DNA of 15,736 nucleotides from Verrucomicrobia bacterium UBA3869 (GTDB lineage Bacteria; Verrucomicrobiota; Verrucomicrobiia; Opitutales; UBA9783): NCBI GenBank assembly GCA_002392285.1, contig DGGR01000046.1, positions 1 to 15,736 of the forward strand, read 5' to 3'. Shown piece by piece: positions 15,016 to 15,736 of this stretch (position 1 is its first letter; each line of letters starts with the position of its first letter). The notes under the pieces were generated by a model. It saw only the letters and a program-made list of their open reading frames with translations, ran no database searches and was not told where the DNA came from. The position numbers and the translations under genes were made by a program.

Positions 15016-15483
15016 ATGAAGTATGAACTGCAAGATTTATTACGGGTCCGTGAGCATCGCAAGGAACACGCTCAAGAAATCCTATTAAAAGCTAAAATGG
15101 CACTGCAGGAAGCTCAACGCCTGTTGGAAGAACAGAAAAAGAAGCAGGAGCGCTTTCTAGAAAAGAAACCGGAGTATATTCAGCTGATTTACGACCAAAT
15201 GCTGCAAAAAACGCATTTTAAGCGCAATTATTTGGATTTGGTTAATTTAAAACTCAGCAAATTGGATGAATACCAGGAGAAACTTGCAATTGAGATAGAA
15301 AAGGCTCATAATAAATATGAACGGGCGCAACAAGAGGTTGTGCAATGTTCGCGGAAATTGCATAAAGCACAGCGTGAATTGGAGAAGATCGAAGAGCATA
15401 AGAATATTTGGAAAGAAGACATGCGTCTTTTAGACGAAAAAGAACAGGATAAGGAGTTAGAAGATTTTAAGGTCAAAAAATAA
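15016..15483 (+). CDS. sctO: T3SS stalk protein SctO (YscO family)
   Basis: 155-aa highly charged coiled-coil protein. Its N-terminus LLRVREHRKEHAQ resembles YscO (VLRVERAEKA). It is immediately downstream of sctN, the conserved position for SctO/FliJ-like proteins. Confidence 0.75.
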   Translation: MKYELQDLLRVREHRKEHAQEILLKAKMALQEAQRLLEEQKKKQERFLEKKPEYIQLIYDQMLQKTHFKRNYLDLVNLKLSKLDEYQEKLAIEIEKAHNKYERAQQEVVQCSRKLHKAQRELEKIEEHKNIWKEDMRLLDEKEQDKELEDFKVKK

Positions 15484-15484
15484 T

Positions 15485-15736
15485 ATGTCCATCGATACTT
15501 ATACCATTACTCCTTCGGAGGATGGCGCCCAACCGATACCATCTGAAAAGTCAAAACAAGCTACTCCGGCTCCAGAAGCTGTTGCCTTGTTTGAGCAGTG
15601 TTTGCAGCATCCGCGTAAAGACCCTAAGTTTTCGAGAAAAGAAGCTTCGGGTGATCATTTCACGAAGGTTTTGGGCACAAAACCTTCCGTAAACACTTCG
15701 CCGAAGCTTGTTGTATCCCGAGAAGCACCTGTATCC
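15485..15736 (+). CDS. Partial CDS (5' end), probable needle-length regulator SctP (YscP-like) by position
   Basis: The ATG at 15485 is 1 nt after the sctO stop. The frame is open for all 84 codons to the window end (MSIDTYTITPSEDGAQPIPSEKSKQATPAPEAVALFEQ...). It is absent from the ORF track because it has no stop in the window. The Pro/Ser/Lys-rich, poorly conserved N-terminus fits SctP, but the call is positional only. Confidence 0.35.
   Translation, partial: MSIDTYTITPSEDGAQPIPSEKSKQATPAPEAVALFEQCLQHPRKDPKFSRKEASGDHFTKVLGTKPSVNTSPKLVVSREAPVS

Noticed and set aside
1-15736. Scan for CRISPR repeats, IS or transposase ends, integrase genes, and tRNA/rRNA genes
   Set aside because: I saw no regularly spaced direct repeats, no terminal inverted repeats flanking a transposase-like ORF, no cloverleaf-like segments and no rRNA-like sequence. 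This was a visual inspection only. tRNAscan-SE, Infernal or ISfinder searches could still find something small.

Overview
The window splits into three blocks. No tools were run, so every family call rests on motifs read from the translations and on gene order. GC looks like the low 40s by eye (not computed).

(1) Left block, 1-5199. It holds a partial minus-strand ORF, tadA (minus strand) and an MFS transporter. These are followed by an isolated two-gene module: an outer-membrane secretin whose 3' end overlaps by 47 nt a 466-aa GspK-like (minor-pseudopilin-like) gene.

(2) Centre block, 5206-7873, minus strand. This is a compact marC-marC-lepB operon. It converges on the GspK-like gene with only 6 nt between the two stop codons.

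(3) Right block, 7908 to the window end, plus strand. This is a tightly coupled type III secretion (injectisome) operon in the order sctD, sctE-like, two tandem sctF-like needle paralogues, sctG-like TPR chaperone, sctI, sctJ, sctK, sctL, sctN, sctO, then the start of a probable sctP. No sctC, sctV, sctQRSTU, translocator or effector genes are visible, and the locus evidently continues past the right edge.

I recognised no rRNA, tRNA, CRISPR array, IS or transposase, or integrase.

Lineage guess, unverified: a PVC-superphylum organism (Chlamydiae-, Lentisphaerae- or Verrucomicrobia-like). The basis is the secretin N-domain style and the extended LepB. A proteobacterial origin cannot be excluded without searches.

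The observations most worth a second look are:
- the duplicated, divergent needle subunit genes bracketed by the E/G chaperone genes;
- the long leader before the second needle gene;
- the disordered N-terminal extension on SctD;
- the orphan secretin/GspK-like pair.
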